From Gaiellaceae bacterium (GTDB taxonomy: Bacteria; Actinomycetota; Thermoleophilia; Gaiellales; Gaiellaceae): a stretch of DNA of 64,000 nt. Made by a program: the position numbers and the translations under genes. The notes beneath the pieces were generated by a model, which was given only the letters and a program-made list of their open reading frames with translations, did not search any database and was not told the origin of the DNA. Location of the stretch: the NCBI GenBank assembly GCA_035311205.1, contig DATGDB010000047.1:14914-78913 (forward strand), read 5' to 3'. Positions 45,844 to 54,684 of this stretch are shown here, in pieces (position 1 is the stretch's first letter; every line of letters starts with the position of its first letter).

Positions 45844-47163
45844 ATGATCGAGACCGCCGAGCTCGTCGAACGCATCTGGGAACGGGACCCGTCGGTCTGG
45901 ACGGGAAGCGACGAGGCCCAGTGGCTCGGCTGGCTGGACGAGCCCTCGCGCATGCGGGAGCGGGCCCACGAGCTGATGGAGGCCGCCACGCGCATCGACG
46001 CCGATGATTTCGTCCTGCTCGGCATGGGCGGCTCGAGCCTCGCCCCGGAGGTCATGCGCCGGACGTTCGGTGTCGAGCGCTTCCATGTCCTCGACACGAC
46101 GCATCCCGCGGCGATCCGGCGGCTCGAGGAGAGCGTCGACCTCGAGCGCACGCTCTTCCTGGCTGCGTCAAAGTCCGGGACGACGATCGAGACACGCAGC
46201 CACCTGGACTATTTCCGCGACCGCGGCGGGCGGTTCGCCGTCATCACGGATCCCGGCTCGCCTCTGGCTGAGCTCTCCGGCGACGTCTTCTACGGCGAGC
46301 CGACGATCGGCGGTCGCTACTCGGCTCTGTCCGCTTTCGGGATCCTTCCGGCGATCTTCATGGGCATCGACGTCGAGCGCCTTCTCGATCGGGCGGACGA
46401 GATGCGAGAGGCGTGCCGTCTCGAGCTCGGCAATCCCGGCCTCGAGCTCGGCCTCGCGCTCGGGCGCGGCTGGCAGGAGGGCCGCGACAAGGTGCTCGTG
46501 TCGGGCGACTTCGGCCTGTGGGTCGAGCAGCTGCTCGCCGAGTCGACGGGCAAGGACGGCAAGGGTCTCGTCCCGGTGGTAGGGGAGGGCCCCGGTGACA
46601 CCCAGGTGCACGAGTTCCGTCTGGAAGACCCGTACGAGCTCGGGCAGGAGTTCTTCCGCTGGGAGTTCGCGACGGCCGTCGCCGGCTCGATCCTCGGCGT
46701 GAATCCCTTCGACCAGCCGAACGTGCAGGAAGCGAAGGACCGAACCACGGCCATCCTTTCCGGCCAGGTCCAGGGGCCTGGCCCCCAGACACGGCCGGAA
46801 GGGTCGGTGGACGCGCTGTTAGCCGAGGCTCGGCCCGGGGACTATGTCGCCGTCCTCGCCTTCATCGACCCCGCTCGCGAGGGCGAGCTTCAGCCGCTCG
46901 TTCGGCGAGCGGAGGAGACCGGCTGCGCCGTCGCGGTCGGACTGGGGCCGCGGTACCTCCACTCGACCGGACAGCTCCACAAGGGCGGGCCGGACACCGG
47001 GGTCTTCATCCAGGTCGTCGACGATCTCGGCGAGGAGCTGCCGATCCCCGGGCGTTCGTACGGGTTCCGCACGCTGATCGCCGCCCAGGCGGCGGGTGAC
47101 TTCGAAGCTCTCAAGGAACGCGGCCGGCGCATCGCGCGCGTGCGCCTGGAGGACGTGGCGTAA
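45844..47163 (+). CDS. pgi: Glucose-6-phosphate isomerase (short tal-associated type)
   Basis: 439 aa with RIWERDPSVWTG, FVLLGMGGSSLAPEV, ASKSGTTIET and GGRYSALS. Confidence 0.9.
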   Translation: MIETAELVERIWERDPSVWTGSDEAQWLGWLDEPSRMRERAHELMEAATRIDADDFVLLGMGGSSLAPEVMRRTFGVERFHVLDTTHPAAIRRLEESVDLERTLFLAASKSGTTIETRSHLDYFRDRGGRFAVITDPGSPLAELSGDVFYGEPTIGGRYSALSAFGILPAIFMGIDVERLLDRADEMREACRLELGNPGLELGLALGRGWQEGRDKVLVSGDFGLWVEQLLAESTGKDGKGLVPVVGEGPGDTQVHEFRLEDPYELGQEFFRWEFATAVAGSILGVNPFDQPNVQEAKDRTTAILSGQVQGPGPQTRPEGSVDALLAEARPGDYVAVLAFIDPAREGELQPLVRRAEETGCAVAVGLGPRYLHSTGQLHKGGPDTGVFIQVVDDLGEELPIPGRSYGFRTLIAAQAAGDFEALKERGRRIARVRLEDVA

Positions 47164-48030
47164 ATGCAGCTTGGAATGGTCGGCCTCGGGCGCATGGGAT
47201 CCGGAATGACCGAGCGGCTCCAGCAAGCGGGCCACGACGTGAAGACGTACGACCCAAACGTCGAGTCGACCGCGCGCTCGCTGCAGGAGCTCGCCCAGCA
47301 GCTCGATCCCCCGCGCCACGTGTGGCTGATGATCCCGGCCGGCGAGATCACCGAGAACGCGTTTCAGGAGCTGCTCGGGATCCTCGAGCGCGGTGACGCG
47401 ATCATCGACGGGGGCAACTCGAACTTCCGCGACTCACAGCGGCGCGGCGCCGAGGCCGCCGGGCGCGGCCTCTACTTCGTCGACTGCGGCGTCTCCGGCG
47501 GGATCTGGGGGCTGCGCGAAGGGTTCGCACTCATGGCCGGAGGAGACGCCGAGCCGGTCGGCCGCCTCGAGCCGATCTTCGAGGCGCTGGCACCGGAGGG
47601 CGGCCATGCCCATGTCGGGCCGTCGGGCGCCGGCCACTTCGTGAAGATGATCCACAACGGCGTCGAGTACGGCCTGATGCAGGCTTACGCCGAGGGCTTC
47701 GACCTGATGCAGGCCTCTGAGTTCGACCTCGACCTCGCCGCGATCGCGGAGCTCTGGCGCCACGGCTCCGTCGTCCGCAGCTGGCTGCTCGACCTGCTCG
47801 CCCGTGCGTTGCAGGAGAACCCGAACCTCGAAGGCATCAAGGGCTACGTCGAAGACTCGGGCGAAGGACGCTGGACCGTCCAGCAGGCGATCGACACCGC
47901 CGTGCCGCTCTACGTGATCGCCGCGGCCCTCTTCGCGCGGTTCGACTCGCGCCGGGACGAGTCGTTCGCGGCCAAGGTGGACGCAGCGCTCAGGAACCAG
48001 TTCGGTGGACACGCAATCCGTCACGACTGA
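47164..48030 (+). CDS. gnd: 6-phosphogluconate dehydrogenase, decarboxylating (short ~290-aa form)
   Basis: Motifs MQLGMVGLGRMGSGM, IDGGNSNF, DCGVSGGIWG and GAGHFVKMIHNGVEYGLMQAYAEG. Confidence 0.9.
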   Translation: MQLGMVGLGRMGSGMTERLQQAGHDVKTYDPNVESTARSLQELAQQLDPPRHVWLMIPAGEITENAFQELLGILERGDAIIDGGNSNFRDSQRRGAEAAGRGLYFVDCGVSGGIWGLREGFALMAGGDAEPVGRLEPIFEALAPEGGHAHVGPSGAGHFVKMIHNGVEYGLMQAYAEGFDLMQASEFDLDLAAIAELWRHGSVVRSWLLDLLARALQENPNLEGIKGYVEDSGEGRWTVQQAIDTAVPLYVIAAALFARFDSRRDESFAAKVDAALRNQFGGHAIRHD

Positions 48031-49507
48031 GAGCGAGGAGAACCCGCTCCTCGAAGGGCTGGGGCTTCGGCGCATGCCGGAGCCCTGCATCCTCGCGATC
48101 TTCGGAGCCACGGGCGATCTGACGCGGCGCAAGATCTTCCCCGCCCTCTACGCACTCGCCGTCCGCAAGCTCTTGCCCGAGCACTTCGCCATCCTCGGCA
48201 TCTCGAGGACGGACCAAAGCAGCCAAGAATTCGTCGCCCACATGGAGGAAGCCGTGCGCGAGTTCGGGCGCGATGAGTTCTCGCCCTCGGTCTGGGACGA
48301 GCTCGCCTCCCGAACGCGCTACGTCGGAACCGATTACACCGACGAGAGCGAGAAGGACAAGCTCACCACCTGCCTTACCGAGATGGACGAGGAGTTCGAG
48401 ACGCGCGGCAACCGCGTCTACTACCTCGCTGTCCCGCCGGCAGCTATGCCGATCCTCGTCGAGGGTCTTGGCCCGCGCCGGACGACGACCGGCTGGGTCC
48501 GCTTGATCGTGGAGAAGCCGTTCGGACGCGACCTCGCGTCCGCCCGCGAGCTGAACCAGCTCCTGCAACAGCACTTCACTGAGGACGAGATCTTCCGCAT
48601 CGACCACTACCTGGGCAAGGAGACGGTCCAGAACATGCTGGCGCTGCGGTTCGCGAACGGCATCTTCGAGCCGATCTGGAACCGACAGTTCATCGACCAC
48701 GTCCAGATCACCGTCGCGGAGTCGATCGGGATCGGATCGCGTGCCGGGTACTACGAGCATGCCGGGGCGATCCGGGACATCTTCCAGAACCATCTGCTTC
48801 AGCTCGTCGCGCTCACCGCCATGGAGCCGCCGACTGACTTCACCGCCGAGTCGGTCCGCAACGAGAAGGTCAAGGTGCTGAAGGCTCTCGTCACCCCGGG
48901 CCCGAAATCGGTCGTTCGCGGCCAGTACGGCCCCGGATTCATCGAGGGCGAGCCGGTCCCCGGCTACCGGCAAGAGCAGGATGTCGCACCCGACTCCAAC
49001 ACGGAGACCTACGTCGCGGCGAAGCTCTATGTCGACAACTGGCGCTGGGCGGACACCCCCTTCTACGTGCGGACCGGGAAGCGCCTGCCCAGACGCGAGA
49101 CGACGATCGCGATCCAGTTCAAGCGTGCGCCGCACCCGCCCTTCGAGGATCTGACGGAGCTGCGCCCCAACGTCCTCTTCGCGCACATCCAACCCAATGA
49201 GGGCGTCGCGCTGGGGATTGGCGCGAAGGTTCCGGGCGAGGGGATGCGCGTGCGGACCGTGCACATGGAGTTCCTCTACGGCGGCGCATTCCGGGTGGAG
49301 CTGCCCGAGGCCTACGAGCGGCTGATCCTCGACACGATGCTCGGCGACCCCACGCTCTTCACCCGCGCCGACGAGATCGAGGAGCAGTGGGCGATCGTCG
49401 ATGCGATCGTCGCGTTCTGGGCGCGAGAGAAACCGATGTTCCCGAACTACGCCGCCGGAACGTGGGGCCCGCCGGGCGCGATGGAGCTCGTCGAGTGGCA
49501 TCGGTAG
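48005..49507 (+). CDS. zwf: Glucose-6-phosphate dehydrogenase
   Basis: Motifs FGATGDLTRRKIFPALY, EKPFGRDLASA and RIDHYLGKE. The GTG at 48005 overlaps the gnd 3' end by 26 nt; a slightly later start is possible. Confidence 0.95.
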   Translation: MDTQSVTTESEENPLLEGLGLRRMPEPCILAIFGATGDLTRRKIFPALYALAVRKLLPEHFAILGISRTDQSSQEFVAHMEEAVREFGRDEFSPSVWDELASRTRYVGTDYTDESEKDKLTTCLTEMDEEFETRGNRVYYLAVPPAAMPILVEGLGPRRTTTGWVRLIVEKPFGRDLASARELNQLLQQHFTEDEIFRIDHYLGKETVQNMLALRFANGIFEPIWNRQFIDHVQITVAESIGIGSRAGYYEHAGAIRDIFQNHLLQLVALTAMEPPTDFTAESVRNEKVKVLKALVTPGPKSVVRGQYGPGFIEGEPVPGYRQEQDVAPDSNTETYVAAKLYVDNWRWADTPFYVRTGKRLPRRETTIAIQFKRAPHPPFEDLTELRPNVLFAHIQPNEGVALGIGAKVPGEGMRVRTVHMEFLYGGAFRVELPEAYERLILDTMLGDPTLFTRADEIEEQWAIVDAIVAFWAREKPMFPNYAAGTWGPPGAMELVEWHR

Positions 49508-50331
49508 CGCACCTCGAGGGGTGGTCGTCGGAGTCCGCCACGATCGCGCAGATCGAGGAGGCGCTCCTGGAGCTCCGGTTCCATACCGGTCATGGGGGCC
49601 TTCCGGACCTGCGCACGAACGTTCTCACGCACATGGCCTGGGTGCCGGCGGAGTGGCAGCGCGCCGCAACGGAGACGCTCGCGGGCCTCGGGGAACGGCA
49701 TCCGTCCCGAACGCTGCTCCTCTTTCCGCGCTCCGGCGCTGAGGATCGGCTCGAAGCGCGCGTCTCCCTCGAGTGCCACGAGCTGGAAGGCGAGGCGAGA
49801 CACCTCTGCAACGAGATCGTCGAGCTCGGGTTCTGCGGGACTCGGGCCGAGGCCCCCGGGAGCATCGTCGAGCCGCTGCTGCTTCCGAACCTCCCGGTCT
49901 TCCTCAGGTGGCGCGGCCGGCCGCCGTTCCGCACGACCCCGTTCCAGGAGCTGGTCGAGCTGACGGATCGGCTTATCGTCGACTCGGCGGAATGGCCGGA
50001 CCTCCCGGGTGCCTACAGCGAGCTCGAGGAGTTCTTCGAGGAAACTGCGGTGTCCGACATCGCCTGGCGACGAACGCTTCCCTGGCGGGCCGCGCTCGCC
50101 GAGGCCTGGCCCGAGGTCCCCGATCGGATCGCCGGCCCGCTGGCAGAAGCCTCGTTGATCGGGGGGTGGCTGAAATCGCGAGCGGGCCTCGAGGTCGACG
50201 TCGAGTGGGTCGACGAGCTGCCCGTCACCGATGAGAAGAGCGCGAGCGATCTCCTGTCAGAGGAGCTCGACGCCTTCGGCCGCGACCCGATCTACGAAGA
50301 GTCGGTCAGAGCAGCGGCTGCTACCGCCTAG
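49495..50331 (+). CDS. opcA: Glucose-6-phosphate dehydrogenase assembly protein OpcA
   Basis: IAQIEEALLELR...TNVLTHMAWVPAEW...HPSRTLLL, with the conserved position after zwf. The GTG at 49495 was chosen (13-nt overlap with zwf); the start is uncertain. Confidence 0.8.
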   Translation: MASVAHLEGWSSESATIAQIEEALLELRFHTGHGGLPDLRTNVLTHMAWVPAEWQRAATETLAGLGERHPSRTLLLFPRSGAEDRLEARVSLECHELEGEARHLCNEIVELGFCGTRAEAPGSIVEPLLLPNLPVFLRWRGRPPFRTTPFQELVELTDRLIVDSAEWPDLPGAYSELEEFFEETAVSDIAWRRTLPWRAALAEAWPEVPDRIAGPLAEASLIGGWLKSRAGLEVDVEWVDELPVTDEKSASDLLSEELDAFGRDPIYEESVRAAAATA

Positions 50332-50373
50332 AGGAGTAGTGTGCAGCCAAGGCCAAGGAAGGACGCCAGATGA

Positions 50374-50688
50374 AGGCAGAAGATCCCGTCGGCCGACCAG
50401 ACGTCATCTCATCGGCGGGAGGGGTCGAAGCCCTGGCCTCCGGAGACGGCCTACGAAGAGCTGCAGTCGACGGCCGAGGAGCTAGAGACGACGAACGAGG
50501 AGCTTCAGTCCACGAACGAAGAGTTGGAGACGATGAACGAAGAGCTCCAGTCGACGAACGAAGAGCTGCACACAATGAACGACGAGATGCGGCAGACGAG
50601 CGAGGAGCTCAGCCAGGTGAACTCCTTCCTCGAATCCAGCGCTGACAGAGAGTTGCGTGGCTTGATCGTCTTGATGGAAGCGCGTTAG
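50374..50688 (+). pseudogene. Headless coiled-coil remnant of a CheR/CheB-PAS type multidomain sensor ([10 protein letters not shown] linker)
   Basis: The frame is open from the TGA at 50371 to the TAG at 50686, with no canonical start before the conserved part: ..[79 protein letters not shown]. The stop overlaps the GTG of the PAS kinase by 1 nt, in another frame. Confidence 0.55.
50470..50637 (+). repeat. Eight tandem 21-bp (heptad) units
   Basis: acgRRcgaRgagctNcagNcN-type units encode [56 protein letters not shown]. Confidence 0.85.
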
Positions 50689-52151
50689 TGCAGCGCTACG
50701 AGGAGTTCTTCGAGCACGCACCGGTCGGCTACCTGATCACGGATCAGTTCGGAGTCGTTGCGAGGGCAAATGGAGCTGCAGCCAGGCTGTTTGGGCTTCC
50801 GGCGGAGCAGTTCGTCGGCAAGCCATTTGCCACGTTTGCGTCCGGCCGCGACCGAAGTGACCTTCGTGATCGTCTGAACGAGGTCTCCCGCGCAAGCGAG
50901 CGGGTGGTGTGGGAAACCTGGCTGACACCTCCCAGGGGCCGGTCCTTCCGCGCTGAGCTCCACGTTTCTGCGAGCCGGTCGGAGACGCCGGATCTCCACT
51001 GGATCGTGCTGGACGTCACGGCCCGCGCCTCGACGGAGCAGGAGCTGCAGCTCCTGACCACGGAGCTCGAGGAGCGGGTCCGCGAACGAACGGAGGCCCT
51101 CGCGGAAGAACGCGCGCGCCTCGCCGCCGTGGTCGAGAACATGCCGGCAGGGCTCATCATCGTCGACCACGACGGGAACACACAGCTCGTGAACGAGCGT
51201 GCAATCGAGATTCTTGGTGTTCCGGCGGAGGGGAAGGTCTCTGATTGGGAGCGTGAGGCCTACAGGACCGACGGAAGCCGATACGACGTGGAGGATTATC
51301 CGCTCACACGAGCGCTTCAATCAAACGAGGTCGTCGCGAACGAGCGCATGGAGGTTGTTACTACCGGCGGGTCGTTCAAGTTCGTCGATGCCGCAGCGGC
51401 GCCCGTGCTCGACACCAACGGACACACGATCGGGGCCCTAGCGCTCTACCAAGACGTGACGACCCAGGAGGGCCAGGAGCGCGCCGAGCGCGAGTTCGTC
51501 ACGAACGCGGCACACCAGCTGCAGAGCCCTCTCGCAGCGATCATCAGTGCCATCGACGTCCTCCAGGCGGGCGCCAAGGAAGAGCCCGAGCGTGACGTGT
51601 TCCTCGCGCACATCGAACGCGAAACGCACCGGCTGGCGCGTCTTGCCCAGGCGCTTTTGGTCCTCGCGCGCGCGCAAACGGGTGTCGAGGCGCCCCGTGA
51701 CGAGGTCGTACCGCTGGCGCCTCTGATGTCGGAGGTGGCCTCGTCCATTCGGCCGGCCGAAGGTGTTGAGATCGAGATCTCCTGCCCCGACGATCTCGCT
51801 CTCATCACCAACCGGCAACTCGTCGAACAGGCGTTGCTCAATGTCGTCGACAACGCCGCCAAGTACACGAAGCGTGGCCGGATCTCGCTGTCGGGCCAGG
51901 TCGTCGAGGGCGCGATCGAGATCGAGGTTGCAGACACCGGAGCCGGGATAGCTGCGGACGAGCAGCCGCAGGTCTTCGACCGCTTCTATCGAGGGTCCAC
52001 CAACGGGGCGCCCGGGTTCGGGCTCGGGTTTGCGATCGTCCGGTCCGCCGTGGAGGCGGTCGACGGCGAGCTCGAGCTCAGCTCCTCCGAGGAGTCCGGG
52101 ACGACCGTGCGCGTTCGCTTGCCGCGCGCCGCGACGATGATCCTGGCATGA
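50688..52151 (+). CDS. Cytoplasmic PAS-PAS sensor histidine kinase
   Basis: 487 aa with two PAS modules (YEEFFEHAPVGYLITDQFGVVARANGAAARLFG; LAAVVENMPAGLIIVDHDGNTQLVNERAIEILG), the H-box FVTNAAHQLQSPLAAI and HATPase_c motifs (NVVDNAAKYT, DTGAGI, GFGLGFAIV). Confidence 0.9.
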   Translation: MQRYEEFFEHAPVGYLITDQFGVVARANGAAARLFGLPAEQFVGKPFATFASGRDRSDLRDRLNEVSRASERVVWETWLTPPRGRSFRAELHVSASRSETPDLHWIVLDVTARASTEQELQLLTTELEERVRERTEALAEERARLAAVVENMPAGLIIVDHDGNTQLVNERAIEILGVPAEGKVSDWEREAYRTDGSRYDVEDYPLTRALQSNEVVANERMEVVTTGGSFKFVDAAAAPVLDTNGHTIGALALYQDVTTQEGQERAEREFVTNAAHQLQSPLAAIISAIDVLQAGAKEEPERDVFLAHIERETHRLARLAQALLVLARAQTGVEAPRDEVVPLAPLMSEVASSIRPAEGVEIEISCPDDLALITNRQLVEQALLNVVDNAAKYTKRGRISLSGQVVEGAIEIEVADTGAGIAADEQPQVFDRFYRGSTNGAPGFGLGFAIVRSAVEAVDGELELSSSEESGTTVRVRLPRAATMILA

Positions 52152-52831
52152 ACCGGATCCTGGTGGTCGACGACGAGCCGGCGATCCGCGACGCGGTCGG
52201 CTACACGCTTCGGACAGAAGGCTTCGACGTCGACGTCGTTGCCGACGGTGAGCGGGCGCTCGAAGCGGCACTCGGTTCGTCGTACGACGTGGTCGTTCTC
52301 GACCTGATGCTGCCGCGCATGTCGGGGACCGAGGTCTGCCGTCGCGTTCGGGCCGAGAGCGCGGTCCCGATCATCATGCTCACGGCCCGCGGCGCCGAGC
52401 TCGACCGCGTGCTGGGGCTGGAGGTCGGCGCGGACGACTACGTGACCAAGCCGTTCTCGATGGCCGAGCTGGTCGGCCGCATCCGCGCGATCCTCCGCCG
52501 TCGCGAGCTCGACCAGTCGAGCAGAGGCGGCAAGCTACGGGTCGGAACGCTCGAGCTCGATCCCATGCGACATCAGGCGACCATCGCGGGCGACCCGAAG
52601 CGCTTGACGCCCTCGGAGTTCAAGCTGCTGCTGCTCCTGGCGGAGCAGCCGGAACGGGTCTTCAGCCGGCGCGAGATCATGCAGCACCTCTGGGACAGCG
52701 AGTACGTCGGCGACCAGCGCGCCTGCGACATTCACATCTCCAACCTCCGCCAGAAGCTCGAGGAGGATCCGGCGAATCCGGAGCGCATCGTCACCGTTCG
52801 CGGCGTCGGTTACAAGCTCGCCGCAGTGTGA
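52148..52831 (+). CDS. OmpR/PhoB-family response regulator
   Basis: Receiver: ILVVDDEPAIRDAV..DVVVLDLMLPRMSG. Winged-helix output: LTPSEFKLLLLLAEQPERVFSRREIM...IHISNLRQKLE...IVTVRGVGYKL. ATGA overlap with the kinase. Confidence 0.95.
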   Translation: MNRILVVDDEPAIRDAVGYTLRTEGFDVDVVADGERALEAALGSSYDVVVLDLMLPRMSGTEVCRRVRAESAVPIIMLTARGAELDRVLGLEVGADDYVTKPFSMAELVGRIRAILRRRELDQSSRGGKLRVGTLELDPMRHQATIAGDPKRLTPSEFKLLLLLAEQPERVFSRREIMQHLWDSEYVGDQRACDIHISNLRQKLEEDPANPERIVTVRGVGYKLAAV

Positions 52832-52888
52832 GCAAATCTCGACAAAGCTTCAGTAAACACTCAGGATCCGATCGCTAGCTTGAAGTGA

Positions 52889-53272
52889 GTGTCGGAGCTG
52901 GACTTCGGAATCAGGACCGCTGGGCTGGACGGCGACGCGTTCATCGTCTCGCTGAACGGCGAGGCGGACGCGTACAACGCGCCCGAGCTCGAGCAGGCGC
53001 TGCAGGGAGTCCTCGCGTTGGGCGGGACGACGGTCGCCGTGGACATGGTCGAAATCACCTTCATCGACTCCACGGTCCTCAGCGTGCTTCTTCGCTACCA
53101 GGGCCGGTTCAAGACGCTCGGCGGCGATTGCATCATCGTGACGGACGATCGGAGGGTGCTTCGCACGTTCGAGGTCACCGGCCTCGACAAGACTTTCGTC
53201 ATCAAGCACCGCCTCGCCGACGCAATCGACGGCATCCTTCCGGCGCAGCGTGCGTCGGACGGCGCCGCCTAG
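52889..53272 (+). CDS. STAS-domain anti-sigma-factor antagonist
   Basis: 127 aa: VSLNGEADAYNAPELEQAL...VAVDMVEITFIDSTVLSVLL...IIVTDDRRVLRTFEVTGLDKTF. The conserved phosphorylatable Ser is in FIDST. Confidence 0.85.
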   Translation: MSELDFGIRTAGLDGDAFIVSLNGEADAYNAPELEQALQGVLALGGTTVAVDMVEITFIDSTVLSVLLRYQGRFKTLGGDCIIVTDDRRVLRTFEVTGLDKTFVIKHRLADAIDGILPAQRASDGAA

Positions 53273-54429
53273 CCGTCGAGCACCAGGGACGCTTCTAGCG
53301 CGCGGCCGGCCGCGAGCACGAGCCCGTCGGCGCCCGATCGGCCGACGATCTGGATGGATACTGGGAGCCCGGCCCCGGCGGCGCCCACGGGCAGCGACAG
53401 CGCCGGCCATCCGAGCGCGTTGAACGGCAACGTGAACCGGATCATGGCCTCCCGGACGGCGAGCTCGTCGACATCAGCGGGCGGCGGGACGAAGCCGAGC
53501 GTCGGGACGAGGAGCAGGTTGAGGCCGGCGAGGGCCGCTTCCGCTTGCTCGCGGTAGTTGTCGCGTTGGCGGACCGCTCCTTCGTATTCGGCGTCGGTGA
53601 CGGCCAGGCACCGCTCGATCTTGCCGCCGACGTTCGCGCCGTAAAGGTCCCGGTGCTCGGCGTAGAGATCGCGATGCACCTCGGCGACCTCGCGCATGAA
53701 CATCGGGCCCACTCCTTCCAGGAGCGGGAAATCGACGCTCTGAGGGGTCAGCGCGGCCGCTGCTTCGCGGACCCGGGCGGCGACCGGTGGATCGCAGTGC
53801 TCGAGCCACGCGATGCCGACGGTGAAGCTTTCTTCGTCCGTGGCCTCGAAGCCGGGGACAAGCGCCTCCATCATGTTGGTGCACGCGGCGACCGTTTGCG
53901 CCATCGGGCCGGCGTGGTCGAAGGTGGGCGCTAGCGGGAAAACGCCGTCCAGCGGCACGAGCCCAAAGGTGGGCTTGAAGCCGACGACTGCGCAGCAGGC
54001 GGCCGGGATGCGGATCGATCCGCCCGAGTCGGTTCCGAGCGCCGCGTCGGCCAAGCCGGCCGCGAGTGCGGCGGCCGAGCCGCCGCTCGACCCTCCCGCC
54101 GTCCGCCCGGGCGCCGCGGGGTTCGGGACAGTGCCGTAGTGCGGGTTCTGTGAGGTGATGCCGTACGCGAACTCGTGGAGGTTGGTCTTGCCGATGTCGA
54201 CGTAACCCGCGGCCTCGAGGCGGACGAAGGCCTCGGCGCTTCGCTCGGGCACGTGGTCGGCGAAGACGACCGACCCGTAGGTGGTGGTCAGCCCGGCGGT
54301 GTCGAAGAGGTCCTTGACGGCAAGCGTGATGCCGTCGGTGGGAAGCGGCTCGGGCCGCGCGAGGAAGATCCCCTCCGCAGGCGCGCATTCCGGCGCACTT
54401 TCAGCACACATTGGCGCGATTCTCCCCAC
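53269..54429 (-). CDS. Amidase (amidase-signature family, GatA-like)
   Basis: Motifs AVKDLFDTAGLTTTYGS and GGSSGGSAAALAAGLADAALGTDSGGSIRIPAACC. The start could be the second ATG (54411). Confidence 0.9.
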   Translation of the reverse strand: MGRIAPMCAESAPECAPAEGIFLARPEPLPTDGITLAVKDLFDTAGLTTTYGSVVFADHVPERSAEAFVRLEAAGYVDIGKTNLHEFAYGITSQNPHYGTVPNPAAPGRTAGGSSGGSAAALAAGLADAALGTDSGGSIRIPAACCAVVGFKPTFGLVPLDGVFPLAPTFDHAGPMAQTVAACTNMMEALVPGFEATDEESFTVGIAWLEHCDPPVAARVREAAAALTPQSVDFPLLEGVGPMFMREVAEVHRDLYAEHRDLYGANVGGKIERCLAVTDAEYEGAVRQRDNYREQAEAALAGLNLLLVPTLGFVPPPADVDELAVREAMIRFTLPFNALGWPALSLPVGAAGAGLPVSIQIVGRSGADGLVLAAGRALEASLVLDG

Positions 54430-54498
54430 TACGATTGGCTCGCTGGGTTCGTGGGTCCCCCCGCCCGGGTGGGGGTATGGCGCCGGTGCCGGTTCCCG

Positions 54499-54684
54499 CT
54501 AATTGAAGGCCAGGTAGACGAACGCGATCAAGAACGTGCCGGCGAAGAGCAGGAGCGCCAGCCCGAAGAGCGCCAGGCCCGTGACCGTGTTCTTGTGCGC
54601 CAGCTCATCGCCCAGGTCGACCGGCGGCTGCATCGCCCTCGGCGGGATCGGCTGCTCGATTGGCTCGACGCCGGGCTCGCTCAC
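54499..54684 (-). CDS. Small hypothetical membrane protein coupled to ctaB
   Basis: The GTG at 54684 overlaps the ctaB stop (GTGA). 61 aa ending in one TM segment: TVTGLALFGLALLLFAGTFLIAFVYLAFN. Confidence 0.45.
   Translation of the reverse strand: MSEPGVEPIEQPIPPRAMQPPVDLGDELAHKNTVTGLALFGLALLLFAGTFLIAFVYLAFN

Noticed and set aside
47990-49501. 503-aa ORF on the minus strand
   Set aside because: It is antisense to zwf, which has the diagnostic RIDHYLGKE and EKPFG motifs.
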